Source: Opitutales bacterium (GTDB taxonomy: Bacteria; Verrucomicrobiota; Verrucomicrobiia; Opitutales; PNEW01). Taken from it: a stretch of DNA of 64,000 nt. Position 1 is the first letter of the stretch. Every line of letters starts with the position of its first letter. This document shows positions 32,249-43,610 of this stretch, piece by piece. Under the pieces are notes generated by a model. That model was not told the origin of the DNA. It saw only the letters and a program-made list of their open reading frames with translations, and ran no database searches. The stretch spans positions 96,001-160,000 of the forward strand of contig CBDANS010000006.1 of assembly GCA_965197745.1 (NCBI GenBank). The letters are read 5' to 3'. The position numbers and the translations under genes are program-made.

Positions 32249-32956
32249 CTATTTTTCCGGTGAAAAATTATTGGTGAACATAGTGAACCAGTCAGGAAGA
32301 GAATCAATTAAGGGACCCATTATTTCTTTTGCCTGATCAAGAAAGGATTGGGGATCACCATACACTTCGCCTTCTTCCTCGCTGACAAGATCACTTACCC
32401 CCCGTAAAATCAGACAGGGAATACTATTTAATTTGCATACATGGGCGATAGCCCCTGATTCCCAATCGCCGGCTATCGCGGAATATTTATTCTTCAAATG
32501 ATTGATCTGTTCAGGGTCCAGATCACTATCTCCGGAAATCAGTAGTGAGCGTTTGACCTTTAACGGCGTTTTTTTCGCAATCCACGACAAATCAATATCC
32601 GTAGTATACTTCCTGATTGCTTCGTCCGAATCAGAGATTCTTTCGTAGATATCATAAATAATCGTTTTTTCAACGAGTATGATTTCTCCCCTTTCTATCC
32701 GCCCATCAAATCCCCCACAGGTCCCAATGTTTATGAGTAAATCAGGATTAAATTTATTAATAACATATTGGGCGGAACCTGCGGCATTTACTTTTCCGGA
32801 GCCACCATGGAGTAGAATAAATTCATCACCCTCTTTCGGGGAGTTAAGATTAATTTTAAAATACTCTCCGTATGGAGTCTTTTCCAAAGGATGATCTTTA
32901 TAGCGATTTTTAACAAACCCCCATTCGGCTTTAGCAGACACGACAACGACATTCAT
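32249..32956 (-). CDS. MTA/SAH nucleosidase-like (PNP/UDP family)
   Basis: GGSGKVNAA, INIGTCGG, DWESGAIA, LRGVSD. Confidence 0.85.
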   Translation of the reverse strand: MNVVVVSAKAEWGFVKNRYKDHPLEKTPYGEYFKINLNSPKEGDEFILLHGGSGKVNAAGSAQYVINKFNPDLLINIGTCGGFDGRIERGEIILVEKTIIYDIYERISDSDEAIRKYTTDIDLSWIAKKTPLKVKRSLLISGDSDLDPEQINHLKNKYSAIAGDWESGAIAHVCKLNSIPCLILRGVSDLVSEEEGEVYGDPQSFLDQAKEIMGPLIDSLPDWFTMFTNNFSPEK

Positions 32957-33140
32957 GACTTATGATTGTAAACGAATATTAATGCACTATGCTCTTAACA
33001 CATAGCAACCCCCTCTTTTTTAAGACAAGTTTATTAACATTTGTCAGTTCCGAGTCCCATAGCCTCGTGACGCCATAATCCATACCAGGCCTGATCCTTT
33101 TTGACTTCATTGTTGGCTAATATAATATTAGGACTCATTA

Positions 33141-33485
33141 ATGAACGAGGAAGTCGAAGCATACATGGCTGCTGTTCCGGGAAACCGTAAATCGAAGATT
33201 GAAGCGCTACACAAATTAATTACGCAATCGTTACCTGAAGTAATTATCGATATGAAATACAAGATGCCCACTTATCAAGTCGGAGAGGGATGGGTCGCAA
33301 TCGCAAACCAGAAGAACTATGTTTCTCTATACACCTGCGGCTATTACCATATCGAAAACTTTAAAGCCAGGCACCCGAAGATAAAAACAGGTAAGGGTTG
33401 CATCAATTTCAAGGACAACGACACATTCCCGCTTAAGGACATTGAGGCTGTGGTAAAGCATGCCATTAAACATCCCAAGGAGTAA
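33141..33485 (+). CDS. DUF1801/YdhG-like protein
   Basis: MKYKMPTY, IANQKNYVSLY, GKGCINFK. Confidence 0.85.
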   Translation: MNEEVEAYMAAVPGNRKSKIEALHKLITQSLPEVIIDMKYKMPTYQVGEGWVAIANQKNYVSLYTCGYYHIENFKARHPKIKTGKGCINFKDNDTFPLKDIEAVVKHAIKHPKE

Positions 33486-33600
33486 AGATATCAGGGATGA
33501 AACTTGATTCGTTGCCAATGTCCACATGGTCACCGACTCGGCGCAATTCAAGGAATGACTTCCACTCCTGACTCTTTTTATTAACCTTTGTATCTTCTTT

Positions 33601-33823
33601 TTGTCATTGCGAGGAGCAACGCGACGCGGCAATCCAGGCGAATAGTCGTTGTGTCTATAAATGCCAATCACATCTCAGATCTATCCAATGAGGATTCGTC
33701 CAGCTGAAAATAAGCCCTGAAATCCAGAGTCTATAGAACGCAATAGACATCCCCGTGGAATGGAAGATGTCGCTACGCTCGGTAAGCGCGTCTCCCGCAG
33801 TTGCGGGATCCTCGCAAGGACAA
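33601..33823. mobile_element. MITE/REP-like element
   Basis: ttgtcattgcgagg...cctcgcaaggacaa; internal sequence close to the 61342 copy. Confidence 0.82.
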
Positions 33824-34044
33824 GAGGAAGTTTACATGGCTATCCAAAATGGGACTCGATTACCATCACATGAAGGGAAATACGAGTGCGTCATGTGGTC
33901 GTGTAAATTTTTTTAATTGATAATACCTTATTTATTAACTTTCGTTGTTCTTAGTGAGGGGGAAGGTAAAATGATTAACGTCGGTGCCGAAGTTATGGTC
34001 CGCCTTCATTTAACAAAAATGCTTGATCACCTTCGAACGAAAGC

Positions 34045-36132
34045 ATGACCGAAGACCAACAATTTAAGGACGATTCCGGAAAGCGCGCCCTGGCGACTAT
34101 TGTCTTTACTGATGTGGTTAATTTCAGCGAACGCATGAATAAAGATGAAGACGGCACTTTGAAATTGTTATCAAAGGATTTAGCCTGGATGACCGATCTC
34201 ACCGAAAAACGGCAAGGTCGTGTCATTAAATCTACCGGTGATGGTTTGATGATATACTTTGACAGTGCGGTAGAGGCCGTTGCCTGGTCCCTTGATATTC
34301 AAAACATCAAATCCCGGCAGCTCAGTGAGAATCAGCCGGGAGAACATTTACAGCATCGCATTGGCATCCATATAGGTGATGTATTCTTTAAGGATTCCGA
34401 CCTCATGGGCGATGGTGTCAACATTGCTTCCCGTCTTGAAGGGATTGCTCAACCCGGTGGCATTTGTATCTCACAAATCGTTTACGACACGGTGAAAAAC
34501 AAGCTGCCTCTAAATGCTAAATTTCTGGGTCTGCAGAAGTTGAAAAATCTCGATGAAAAAATACCGGTGCACCATATTGAGGTTGGGGATGATAAGGTAG
34601 CTTTGCCGGAAACCGAAACGGTAAAAGCCATGCAAATGAACCCAAAAAGAAAGTCACCTGGTAAGACTTTATATATTGGGGCCGTTGTCCTCGTTATCGT
34701 TTTAGCGTCGTTATTCTACTACGTTGAAATCAACCGAATAGAACAGGTCCCCGTGATTGTTGAATCACAAAGTAAATCTATCGCGGTCTTACCATTTCAG
34801 GATATGAGTCCGGAAAAAGACCAGGAGTATTTCAGCGATGGAATTTCTGAAGAAATCATAAATGTCCTGGCTAAGATAGATACCCTGCAAGTGGCTTCAC
34901 GAACCTCCTCATTTCAGTTCAAAGGGAAAAATGCCGATATACCGACAATCGGTAAGCAGCTCAACGTATCCACAGTGCTTGAGGGTAGCGTGCGTAAATC
35001 AGGAAGAACGATCAGAGTTACTGCACAGCTTATAAACGTTGCCGATGATTTACATCTCTGGTCCGAAACCTACGATCGGGAACTGAAGAACATCTTCGCC
35101 ATCCAGGATGAGATTGCCCTGGCAATAACGCAAGTGCTTCAGGTTAAGCTCATGGGTGATGAGGATATTCCTCACATCAAGCCCCACACGGAGAACGTTG
35201 ATGCCTACGATCATTACCTTTTGGGCCGTTACCATTGGTCGAAGCGGACCGAGAAAGGAATAATGACGGCAATCGAACACTATAAGCAGGCCATTACCCT
35301 GGATCCCGACTACGCTCTTGCTTACTCGGGTCTCGCGGATGCTTATCTTGTTCTCCCATCCTATGCCTCTGCTGTAAAAAGATACGATATAAGAGCTCAT
35401 GCTAAGGAGGCAGTAAAGATGGCACTGGCAATCGATCCGAACCTTGCCGAAGCCTATACATCTTTGGGATATACAAGGGAGGTATTCCACTTTGACTATG
35501 CTGGCGCCGAAAAGGAGTACCGATATTCGATCGAGCTCAACTCAAAATATGCGCCGGCGCATTACCGTTATTCGCACCTTCTTATGTGCACGGGCCGCTT
35601 ACGAGAAGCCCTGGCAAAGGGAAAAAAAGCATTGGAACTGGAGCCTTTTTCAATCCTCTACAACAATCATCTTGGGACTCTGTATAATTATGCGCGGTAG
35701 TATGACACAGCCATTCAACATTTTGAAAAAACTCTGACTCTGGACGTGAACAACCCGTTTGGATGGGCAAACATAGGACTTGCATTACTAGACAAAGAAA
35801 AGTTTGAGGATGCTTCACAGGCATTGAATCGCTGGGCCGAACTCACCGGTAATGATTATAAAGTGGTGAAGCTTTATGTTTCGCTCGTAGAAAAACGCGC
35901 CCGGACAGGCGAGCCCGTATCATATCCTCCAAAATTGGAATCTGTGTTCCCCTATTACTTCTACGCCTTTTTGGGCCACAAGGAACAGACCTTAACCCTG
36001 CTCGAACAGTTCCGCAAAGAAGAAAAGTATGGAGTTCTCCAAACATGTAAGTACGATCCCGTATTTGATTTTCTACAATCAGAGCCACGATTTATAGCGC
36101 TTATGCGAAAGGTGAGATTAGAGAAGGAGTAG
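34045..36132 (+). pseudogene. Class III adenylate/guanylate cyclase-TM-TolB-like-TPR protein with in-frame TAG (35698-35700)
   Basis: FTDVVNFS, GDG, GDGVNIASRLE, SIAVLPF, TPR repeats; YNYAR*YDTAIQ continues in frame into ORF 35746..36132. Confidence 0.87.
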
Positions 36133-36151
36133 CGATTTTCGAATTGTCTTC

Positions 36152-37162
36152 ATGTCCAAACAGCGTCGAAAACTCCACATCGCTTGCGCCCTCGATTCGG
36201 ATATCTTCCATCAGGTCGAGAACGCTGCGCCGGTGATTGATCGGGCGCGCTACGACTACGATGTTGTCCACACCCTGGAACGTCTCTATCAATCCGTAGA
36301 TCTCGTGCCCATCAACAGCAATCTGGATCGCGCCTACAAGGTGTTAAAACAAATCGAACCAGACGTGGTTTTCAACCTCGCCTATTGTGGTCTAAAGAAA
36401 GAACCGACTTTCGCCGAGTTTCTTGATCGCATCGGCCTCCCCTACACCGGCTCTGGGCAAAAAGGGATTGCCCTCGCCGACGACAAAATCAGGTCACGGA
36501 AGCTGCTGCGTGCGGCAGGTCTGCATGTTCCAAGGTTCGTGAAATTACCTATCGGTGCATTAAAAGCGAAGTTTGACCTAAGGCCACCGTTAATCGTCAA
36601 GCCAGCCCTACTGGGCGCCAGTTCGTCGGGGATCTACCTCGATAGTCTCGTCATGACTCAGGCGGCCGCGATGGCGCGCGCGCGACGCGTGTGGACTCGA
36701 TGCGGTGTTCCCGCAGTGTGTGACGAGTTTATTGTTGGCCGCGAACTGCGGATCGGTGTAGTCGAGGACCGCAACGCCAAGTTTCGTGTCGCGGGTATCA
36801 CTGAGATCCTTTTTCCAAAATCAAATCCCGGCTGGGGGTTCTGGAGTGAAGGTATACGAAATAACGCACGCAATCGTCACGCCAGGGGTGTCCATTACAG
36901 GGCTGCCCGATTGCCCAAAAAAGTAAAAGCCGAAATTCATTCAATCGCGGATAAAGCGATGCGTGTTCTCGATCTTCGTGGATACGCGACCCTCGACGTT
37001 CGCCTCGATGCGCGTGAACGTTGCATCATTATCGAAGTTAACGCCAACCCCGGCCTTTCCAGTAGTTTTCTCTCCTGGCGCATACCGAGCTTCACCGAAA
37101 ATATTCGTCAAATCGTAGGCGCCGCCCATAATATTCAAAAGGGGGCACTCCTTGAATCTTGA
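36152..37162 (+). CDS. D-Ala-D-Ala ligase-like ATP-grasp protein
   Basis: PYTGS, DKI, PLIVKP..GASSSGI, EFIVGRE, IEVNANPG. Confidence 0.85.
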   Translation: MSKQRRKLHIACALDSDIFHQVENAAPVIDRARYDYDVVHTLERLYQSVDLVPINSNLDRAYKVLKQIEPDVVFNLAYCGLKKEPTFAEFLDRIGLPYTGSGQKGIALADDKIRSRKLLRAAGLHVPRFVKLPIGALKAKFDLRPPLIVKPALLGASSSGIYLDSLVMTQAAAMARARRVWTRCGVPAVCDEFIVGRELRIGVVEDRNAKFRVAGITEILFPKSNPGWGFWSEGIRNNARNRHARGVHYRAARLPKKVKAEIHSIADKAMRVLDLRGYATLDVRLDARERCIIIEVNANPGLSSSFLSWRIPSFTENIRQIVGAAHNIQKGALLES

Positions 37163-37263
37163 TATACTTATTTATGTACGCATTGAGAAGTGCATGAGGT
37201 GGTGCGAAATTGTTGAATTAACTTAACGCACAATTCGAGGAATAACCTTTTTCTCACTACATG

Positions 37264-37992
37264 CTACTGATTTAATGCCAGTAAAACCTCCACCACATCG
37301 AAAGGTTCAGCGCGTTTCCGATAGTCGACGTTTATAAACGCGTATTGAATAATACGATCTTGATCAATGACGTAGGTAGCGACCAAGGGTAGTTCGAGTT
37401 TGCGGCTGTCGTTCTTTTCCTTAAGATCTATTCCACCTGTAAGCGCGCTTAATGCTTCGTCCACGCTGTAAGAGATCCCGAATTTTTTGGCGATCCTGTT
37501 ATTTCGGTCTGTCAACACTTCAAATCCGAGATCGTTTTTTTCAATCATCGACAAACTGTTATCAGGTTTTTCAGGTGAAATTGCGAAAAGATTAGCCCCG
37601 GCTGCATGGATCTCCGGTAGCGCTCTCTGGTAAGCACGCAGCGATATATTGCAGTAGGGACACCACTCACCCATATAAAATAAAATTACGACTGGACCTT
37701 CATTCAGGGCTTCATTGATGTTCACGATTTCACCCAAAGCATTAGGCAAACTTAAGTTCGGCGCGCGATCACCTTTGTTGCGTGACCTATCTTCAATACC
37801 GGTTTCAAGTAAGGTGACAAAACTTTCCTCTAAAGCTTCATGAGCGATCTGATCGATGCTCATTTTATTTTTTGCGCTGAGAGCTTCCAGTTGTTTGGTC
37901 AATTCGAGCGGTTGGATCTTATTAGCTAGAGTGACACCCGCACTGCTAATTAGTAAAATGGTAAGTAAGTATATAGCGATTCTTTTATTCAT
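37264..37992 (-). CDS. AhpC/TSA peroxiredoxin-like protein, exported
   Basis: Signal peptide, GEWCPYCN, AISPEKPD, DYRKRAEP. Confidence 0.88.
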   Translation of the reverse strand: MNKRIAIYLLTILLISSAGVTLANKIQPLELTKQLEALSAKNKMSIDQIAHEALEESFVTLLETGIEDRSRNKGDRAPNLSLPNALGEIVNINEALNEGPVVILFYMGEWCPYCNISLRAYQRALPEIHAAGANLFAISPEKPDNSLSMIEKNDLGFEVLTDRNNRIAKKFGISYSVDEALSALTGGIDLKEKNDSRKLELPLVATYVIDQDRIIQYAFINVDYRKRAEPFDVVEVLLALNQ

Positions 37993-38532
37993 CGATTAAA
38001 TATCTGTATGTATTGTTTACAGTCTCGTGTATTTTAAATCAAGTTATGGCCCTGTTATAATTTCGGTGTTGGTATTCCTTGTCAACAATCCTCGAACGTA
38101 TTCAATTGGTCGGAATACCCCACCGGTTTGCTATAATAATTATGAACGCGCAATTAAGACATTTATTCCAAGAAGCAACAGTTCCTCTTCGTCTGAAAAG
38201 TCAAAAGAGGTCATTCGACATATTTAATGTTTCAAACCGGTTTGACTTTCAACGTCAGTAATTCACACAAAGACTAAATTACAATACGGTTTACCGTTAG
38301 ATCATTATCAACGGACTTGATTACCAGTAAGCGAAGATAAATATAAGTGCGTCAAGTGGCTGTATTTTTTAAATTGATAAACTCTTTTTTATCTCATTTC
38401 TTTGACCGTAATGAGGGAAAAGATTGGAGTTAAAAGGGGGCAATCCTTATATCTTGAGGGGCAAATGGAAGTGATCAGTAATGAAACGCAAGGTGGGCGC
38501 TATGAGCATCGTTTAAATAAGAGGCGTGTTGA

Positions 38533-39582
38533 ATGATGGAGACCCTACCCTTCAACATCCCGGTTATCGATATCTCTGAGGAGACGGAGCGTCACGTAAT
38601 CGTGGACCGGGGCACGGCTGAAAGCTACAAAGGGCACCCCACTACGCTCCTCATGCCGGACAAAAAGACGATCTTTTGTGTCTACCCATTGGGGCACGGG
38701 GGCCCGTCCGCGGTGCTTCGGCGCAGCGACGACGGCGGGTTGTCATGGTCTGACCCCTTACCCGTCCCGGAGAACTGGAAGACCGCGAACAATTGCCCCG
38801 CCCTCTACCGCTTTGTCGGGCCGGACGGTGTGGAGCGGCTCTTTGTTTTTGAGGGCAATGGCAAGATGCGGCAGTCCCTGTCGCTGGATCGCGGTCAGAT
38901 CTGGACATCGTTCGAAGAAAATGGGTTGGAGACAACCATGCCCTTTACCACGATTATAGAGGTCGCTCAAAACCGGTTGTTGGGCGGCTGGAATCGGGAT
39001 GGTGCAACCTTCATGAGCGTCTCAGAAGACGGAGGGCTGACATGGGGACCGGAGCGGGTCCTGCTCACGAGCGGCGGGAGGTTCCCTGAATCAAAGCCCT
39101 GCGAACCGGCATTTGTGCGCTCACCGGACGGGAAGGAAATTGCCTGTGTCTTGCGAGTCAACGGCAATATGAAATGCCGCTCGCTCGCCATGTTCAGTGA
39201 CGATGAAGGAGAATCGTGGACTCCACCCGTGGAGCTCGATCGGACGATCACGGGCGACCGCCACCAACCGCGCTACGCCCCGGACGGTCGTCTCGTCATT
39301 GCCTTTAGAGACCGGACGGCGAAGAGCCCAACCTGGGGGCACTTTGTGGCTTGGGTGGGCACGTATCAGGACTTGCGCAACTGCCTGGCAGGACAGTACC
39401 GTATAAAACTGCTGCACAGTTATGACGAAGAGAAAGCGCACGACTGTGGGTACCCGGGGTTGGAGCTTTTGCCGGACGACACCCTGGTGGCCACGACCTA
39501 TATCAAGTACCGGCCCGGACCGGAAAAGCAGTCGGTGGTGAGTGTCCGCTTCAAGCTTCAGGAGCTTGATGCCAAATGCTAA
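38533..39582 (+). CDS. Sialidase-like/BNR-repeat protein
   Basis: Asp-boxes SDDGGLSW, SEDGGLTW, SDDEGESW; GHPTT, DCGYPG. Confidence 0.87.
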   Translation: MMETLPFNIPVIDISEETERHVIVDRGTAESYKGHPTTLLMPDKKTIFCVYPLGHGGPSAVLRRSDDGGLSWSDPLPVPENWKTANNCPALYRFVGPDGVERLFVFEGNGKMRQSLSLDRGQIWTSFEENGLETTMPFTTIIEVAQNRLLGGWNRDGATFMSVSEDGGLTWGPERVLLTSGGRFPESKPCEPAFVRSPDGKEIACVLRVNGNMKCRSLAMFSDDEGESWTPPVELDRTITGDRHQPRYAPDGRLVIAFRDRTAKSPTWGHFVAWVGTYQDLRNCLAGQYRIKLLHSYDEEKAHDCGYPGLELLPDDTLVATTYIKYRPGPEKQSVVSVRFKLQELDAKC

Positions 39583-39636
39583 CCTGTGGATGAGGTCGTC
39601 AAAATATGAAGATCCCTTTAGGGTTGCGAGGACAAC

Positions 39637-40461
39637 TCAACTTTGCATCGCTTCAGGGTCCAACCATTGCTTTTCCACGGGACGATAATCGGGCCACACC
39701 TGTGGATAGCGGTCACCGGAAGTCGTGCAGTAGGCATCACCATGAATAAAAGCAATGCTGAAGGCGCGTCGGGGGCGGTCCGTGGTGTTCACAAGCGACG
39801 AATGCAGCAGTTTTGTTTTTAAGAGGATGACTTCGCCCTTGTCCATTTCCATATAAACCCGCTTTTCTTCCGGGGCGTATTTTTGAATGTCTTCTTCTTT
39901 GCGGACCGTGTGGATAGGGCATTCATTGTGAGAATAAGGAATCACTGTCAGGCAGCCGTTTTCTCGTGTTTGTGGGTCCAGTGCGGTATAGACCGAAATT
40001 TCTTCTCGGATGCTCAGGTTCCAATTTCGGCCATCCTGATGCCACTCAAGAGGCACCCCGCCATCAGCCGGCTTGTTAAAAAACATGGATCTGAACACAC
40101 CGACTTTTTCACCAATCTTCTTTCGCGTGATGTCCATGAATAGTGGATGCTGAATATATTTCAGGAACAACGGATCCATCTCCAGCTCCTGGATTTTCCG
40201 GTACTTCAGCGAACTGCCCTTGTGTTCTGCGGTAAAATCCGTCATCTGCTCCGACCCGTTCGCGGAAGGACAAAGCTGCATGCCCATCCCTTCATAGCGA
40301 ATGTTGCCAAGCATAATCTCATCGATGCGTTTACAAAGTCGGTCGATTTCCGCGTGTGACAGCACCACGCCCAGCCGAACATAACCTGTCTCCTCCAGTT
40401 CCTGCCATTCAGCTTCGCTTACCTTATTTTTCTGTCTGAGCTTGGTACTCACCGTTGTCAT
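39637..40461 (-). CDS. PhyH-family dioxygenase
   Basis: WHQD, ENGCLTVIPYSH, LLHSSLVN..RRA. Confidence 0.88.
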   Translation of the reverse strand: MTTVSTKLRQKNKVSEAEWQELEETGYVRLGVVLSHAEIDRLCKRIDEIMLGNIRYEGMGMQLCPSANGSEQMTDFTAEHKGSSLKYRKIQELEMDPLFLKYIQHPLFMDITRKKIGEKVGVFRSMFFNKPADGGVPLEWHQDGRNWNLSIREEISVYTALDPQTRENGCLTVIPYSHNECPIHTVRKEEDIQKYAPEEKRVYMEMDKGEVILLKTKLLHSSLVNTTDRPRRAFSIAFIHGDAYCTTSGDRYPQVWPDYRPVEKQWLDPEAMQS

Positions 40462-40545
40462 GAAGTCCCCGCCTATAAAAGTATGGCAGTAATTAAAATG
40501 TGATAGCTTCCACTCCCCACCTGGGAAATATATGAAGCTGTTTTA

Positions 40546-40917
40546 TTAAACAAAAGCATAAATAAGAAATGCGCCAAATGCTACTGCTGAGACACCACCC
40601 ACACGACCAAATGGCTTTGTAAAAGATAAAGCCCATGACATTAACCGATTAAAATTGCGGCGCCCTATTACCGCTAGAGATAAAGCGGCAACAATAGAGA
40701 GCCACCCGAGAATCTCAATTACAAGCGGAAATCTGGATACGTTGGATTGATATATCAGTAAAACACCAATAACCAGCCTTACTACCACAGCCAGGATATG
40801 CAGTTCCAGTTTGCCCAAATGATTTCGCAGATAGCCGAATATAATTTCCGGATTTATGATAATGACTATTCCGGCCAACAACGTCAGAGCTCCAAATATT
40901 ATTATCAATATACTCAT
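40546..40917 (-). CDS. Hypothetical 4-TM membrane protein
   Basis: 123 aa, hydrophobic, SD AGGA upstream. Confidence 0.75.
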   Translation of the reverse strand: MSILIIIFGALTLLAGIVIIINPEIIFGYLRNHLGKLELHILAVVVRLVIGVLLIYQSNVSRFPLVIEILGWLSIVAALSLAVIGRRNFNRLMSWALSFTKPFGRVGGVSAVAFGAFLIYAFV

Positions 40918-41006
40918 TTTCTATTTCCTGAATGCCGAAAAGATAAAGAATCGCATCGAACCCTATACTATTTTTTTAAAGTGACAGGTAAAAAAGTTAA
41001 TTTCAC

Positions 41007-41110
41007 GGACGCGACGGAGCGCGTCCCTCCATTTTTTTTTTCGGAGGGCCACGTAATGCCTGTCGGCCATAGCCGCGCGTTTGCGCGGCGACGGCTGATC
41101 GTGGCTGCGG
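41007..41110. repeat. REP-like double-hairpin repeat (also 42465-42530, 42683-42750, 46598-46700, 47630-47729)
   Basis: ggacgcgac..gcgcgtccctcc...ggagggccacg[...]cgtggcc seen five times (one copy is a half). Confidence 0.88.
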
Positions 41111-41298
41111 TATTTTATAATTAAAAATTAAAAGTTTAAATTTAATAAAAATAGGTAAGGATATACCACTAAATCAGAGAATCCTCCAAAAATGGAAGCA
41201 ATCTTTAAGCGTTAATTTAAATTCTACCAATCGATCTCTGTTCAACCTGGAAAGCAAGTGGCCTGAAAGCATTAATATAATCCAAAAGGGGAATTCTC

Positions 41299-42291
41299 AT
41301 GAAAGCGATCGTCTACACACAATACGGACCCCCTGATGTTCTTCAGCTCAAAGAGGTAGAAAAACCTACTCCCAGGGACAATGAAGTACTCATCAAAATA
41401 TATTCGACAACGGTAACTTCAGGGGACTGGAGACTTCGACGCTCAAGTTTCACAGACGCTCCCACCTTCTGGCTTCCTGCGCGAATATGGCTGGGTTTTA
41501 GAAAACCAAAAAGAACTATACTGGGGTCTGAGCTAGCCGGGGAAATTGAATCCGTCGGCAAAAATGTAAAACTATTCAGGAAAGGTGACCAGGTATTTGC
41601 ATTCCATGTTTTTGGCACTTACGCCGAGTACATATGTCTGCCTGAGGAAGGAGCGGTTGCCATAAAACCGGCCAATATGACCTACGATGAAGCCTCCGCC
41701 ATTCCTTTTGGGGCATCAACCGCGTTGTTTTTCCTTAGAGATAAAGGAAATATTCAGAGCGGACAAAAAGTTCTTATCTATGGAGCTTCTGGAAGCGTCG
41801 GTACTGCTGCGGTACAGCTTGCCAAGTACTTTGGAGCAGAAGTCACTGCGGTTTGCAGTACCACGAATTTAGAAATGGTGAAATCTCTGGGAGCTGATGA
41901 AGTAATTGACTACACTAAAGAGGATTTTACCAAAACCGGTCAGACTTATGATATTATTTTTGACACAGTGGGTAAGACTTCGTTTTCACTTTGCAAAAGC
42001 TCGCTAAAAGAAAACGGACTCTATCTTTTAACTGTCTTTGAGCTGCCACAGCTGGTTCAAATGTTGTGGACTTCAATGACAGGCAGTAAGAAAGTTATAT
42101 GTGCGATAGGGGGTCAGCACAAAGATGATTTAATATTTTTCAAAGAGCTTATTGAGGCAGGTAGGATAAAATCAACTATTGATAGACGCTATCCTTTGGA
42201 ACACACGGCCGAGGCCCACAGGTATGTCGAAAAAGGACACAAAAAGGGAAATGTAGTAATAACTTTAGGCGGCGACGATATTGTTGAATAA
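41299..42291 (+). CDS. NAD(P)-dependent MDR oxidoreductase (quinone oxidoreductase-like)
   Basis: [39 protein letters not shown]. Confidence 0.92.
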   Translation: MKAIVYTQYGPPDVLQLKEVEKPTPRDNEVLIKIYSTTVTSGDWRLRRSSFTDAPTFWLPARIWLGFRKPKRTILGSELAGEIESVGKNVKLFRKGDQVFAFHVFGTYAEYICLPEEGAVAIKPANMTYDEASAIPFGASTALFFLRDKGNIQSGQKVLIYGASGSVGTAAVQLAKYFGAEVTAVCSTTNLEMVKSLGADEVIDYTKEDFTKTGQTYDIIFDTVGKTSFSLCKSSLKENGLYLLTVFELPQLVQMLWTSMTGSKKVICAIGGQHKDDLIFFKELIEAGRIKSTIDRRYPLEHTAEAHRYVEKGHKKGNVVITLGGDDIVE

Positions 42292-42337
42292 GCTTAACGC
42301 ACAATTCAAGGAATGACCCAATTTGGACTTATCCTGA

Positions 42338-42650
42338 TCTTCGTCTTGGTCTTCGTCTTGGTCTTCGTCATCGTCTTCGTCAATATTTAATTGGATTAAG
42401 GTATAGATGATTTTCGACAATATTTAATGCATCAAAATATTAATTGATTGCTCGATCCGATAACGGACGCGACAACGCGCGTCCCTCCCAATTTACTTTT
42501 TTTCTGGAGGGCCACGCTCCGTCGTGGCCGCGCATTGGTATTAAGATAATTTCCTAGCTTCGTCTTGTTCTTCGTCCTCGTCTCAAATTAAATATAAGAT
42601 TAATCTGTACGTATTCATGGACGAAGAGGCAGACGAGGACGAAGACGAAG
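42338..42650. repeat. Hexamer tandem repeats (CTTCGT)n and the complementary (GACGAR)n
   Basis: tcttcgtcttggtcttcgtc... at 42338-42381 and 42557-42583; gacgaagaggcagacgaggacgaagacgaag at ~42620-42650. Confidence 0.75.
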
Positions 42651-42880
42651 ATTTATCCAATGATTAAATAATCCTTCGAAATGGAGGGCCACGTAATGCC
42701 TGTCGGCCATAGCCGCGCGTTTGCGCGGCGACGGCTGATCGTGGCCGCGGTATGGTATTGAAGCAGAAAAGGGGATAAGCTTCGCATGCTTGTGTTTTTT
42801 ATTTCCACGTTAGAATGCGAAGCCTGACCCCCTTTTACTTTTCTCTTTCCATTTAAAGTTATCCATGTCCTGGACCTGAA

Positions 42881-43228
42881 TTATTTTTGCGATTTATTAG
42901 AATCAGTTCGATTCCATTGACTGTTCCCTTTCACTCTTAAACTCCCACTGTCAACACCACTATCCACAGGATCATGTTGGTGATCTTTAATATCACTTTT
43001 CTTAATCCTGCGGTATGCGCACAGGGCAAACAGGACATGTAGGGCGATAATTAATATCGCTCTCCTGATACCTACGGCATATATAGATATCGATGTAACA
43101 ATAAAGAGTAAGAGCAAGAATCCTACCCCTTTCCATAGGGTTCGTTCATTCACGCCGGATCCTGTTTTTGCATTGGAAAAATGTGTTGAGAGAATGTGTG
43201 CTTCATATTGTAGCAAGTGAGATGCCAA
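42881..43228 (-). CDS. Small hypothetical membrane protein
   Basis: Two hydrophobic segments; start uncertain. Confidence 0.4.
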   Translation of the reverse strand: MASHLLQYEAHILSTHFSNAKTGSGVNERTLWKGVGFLLLLFIVTSISIYAVGIRRAILIIALHVLFALCAYRRIKKSDIKDHQHDPVDSGVDSGSLRVKGNSQWNRTDSNKSQK

Positions 43229-43487
43229 AAGATTCGCTCAGTATTCAGCATGCTAATCAACAGTCATTTATGTAAACCTTGAATATTATATTCTCTGAAA
43301 ACTAAAGATAGATCAGACATACAATGCACATTGAATTACAAACCATGCATATTTAGTGTTCACTGATTCATATACTGATACTTTGAATATAATATCAGCT
43401 AATTAGCCCATTGAAGCCTGACCCCCTTTTCCTTTTCTAGATCTATTAAAAATTGACATCAGCTATTGGGGAAGTTTGAATCTTAAA

Positions 43488-43595
43488 ATGCTTCGGTAGA
43501 GTGCACCCAGGTCCGCACGGAAAGGGCAATGCCCATCTACTAAAATTAAGGTGATCAATAATTGGTTCAGCCTAATTGCGGAATATGGCTGAAAA
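43488..43595 (+). ncRNA. Putative structured 5' leader RNA, copy A
   Basis: Pairings GTAGA/TCTAC, GGGC/GCCC, TTCAGCC/GGCTGAA; TCCGCA (43512-17) complementary to loop TGCGGA (43577-82); TTGACA at 43453. Confidence 0.65.
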
Positions 43596-43610
43596 TATGA
43601 ACGCTAACCG

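Noticed and set aside
38000..38340. Short ORFs or a possible decayed gene upstream of the peroxiredoxin-like gene
   Set aside because: Several stops in the frame I examined and no recognisable family
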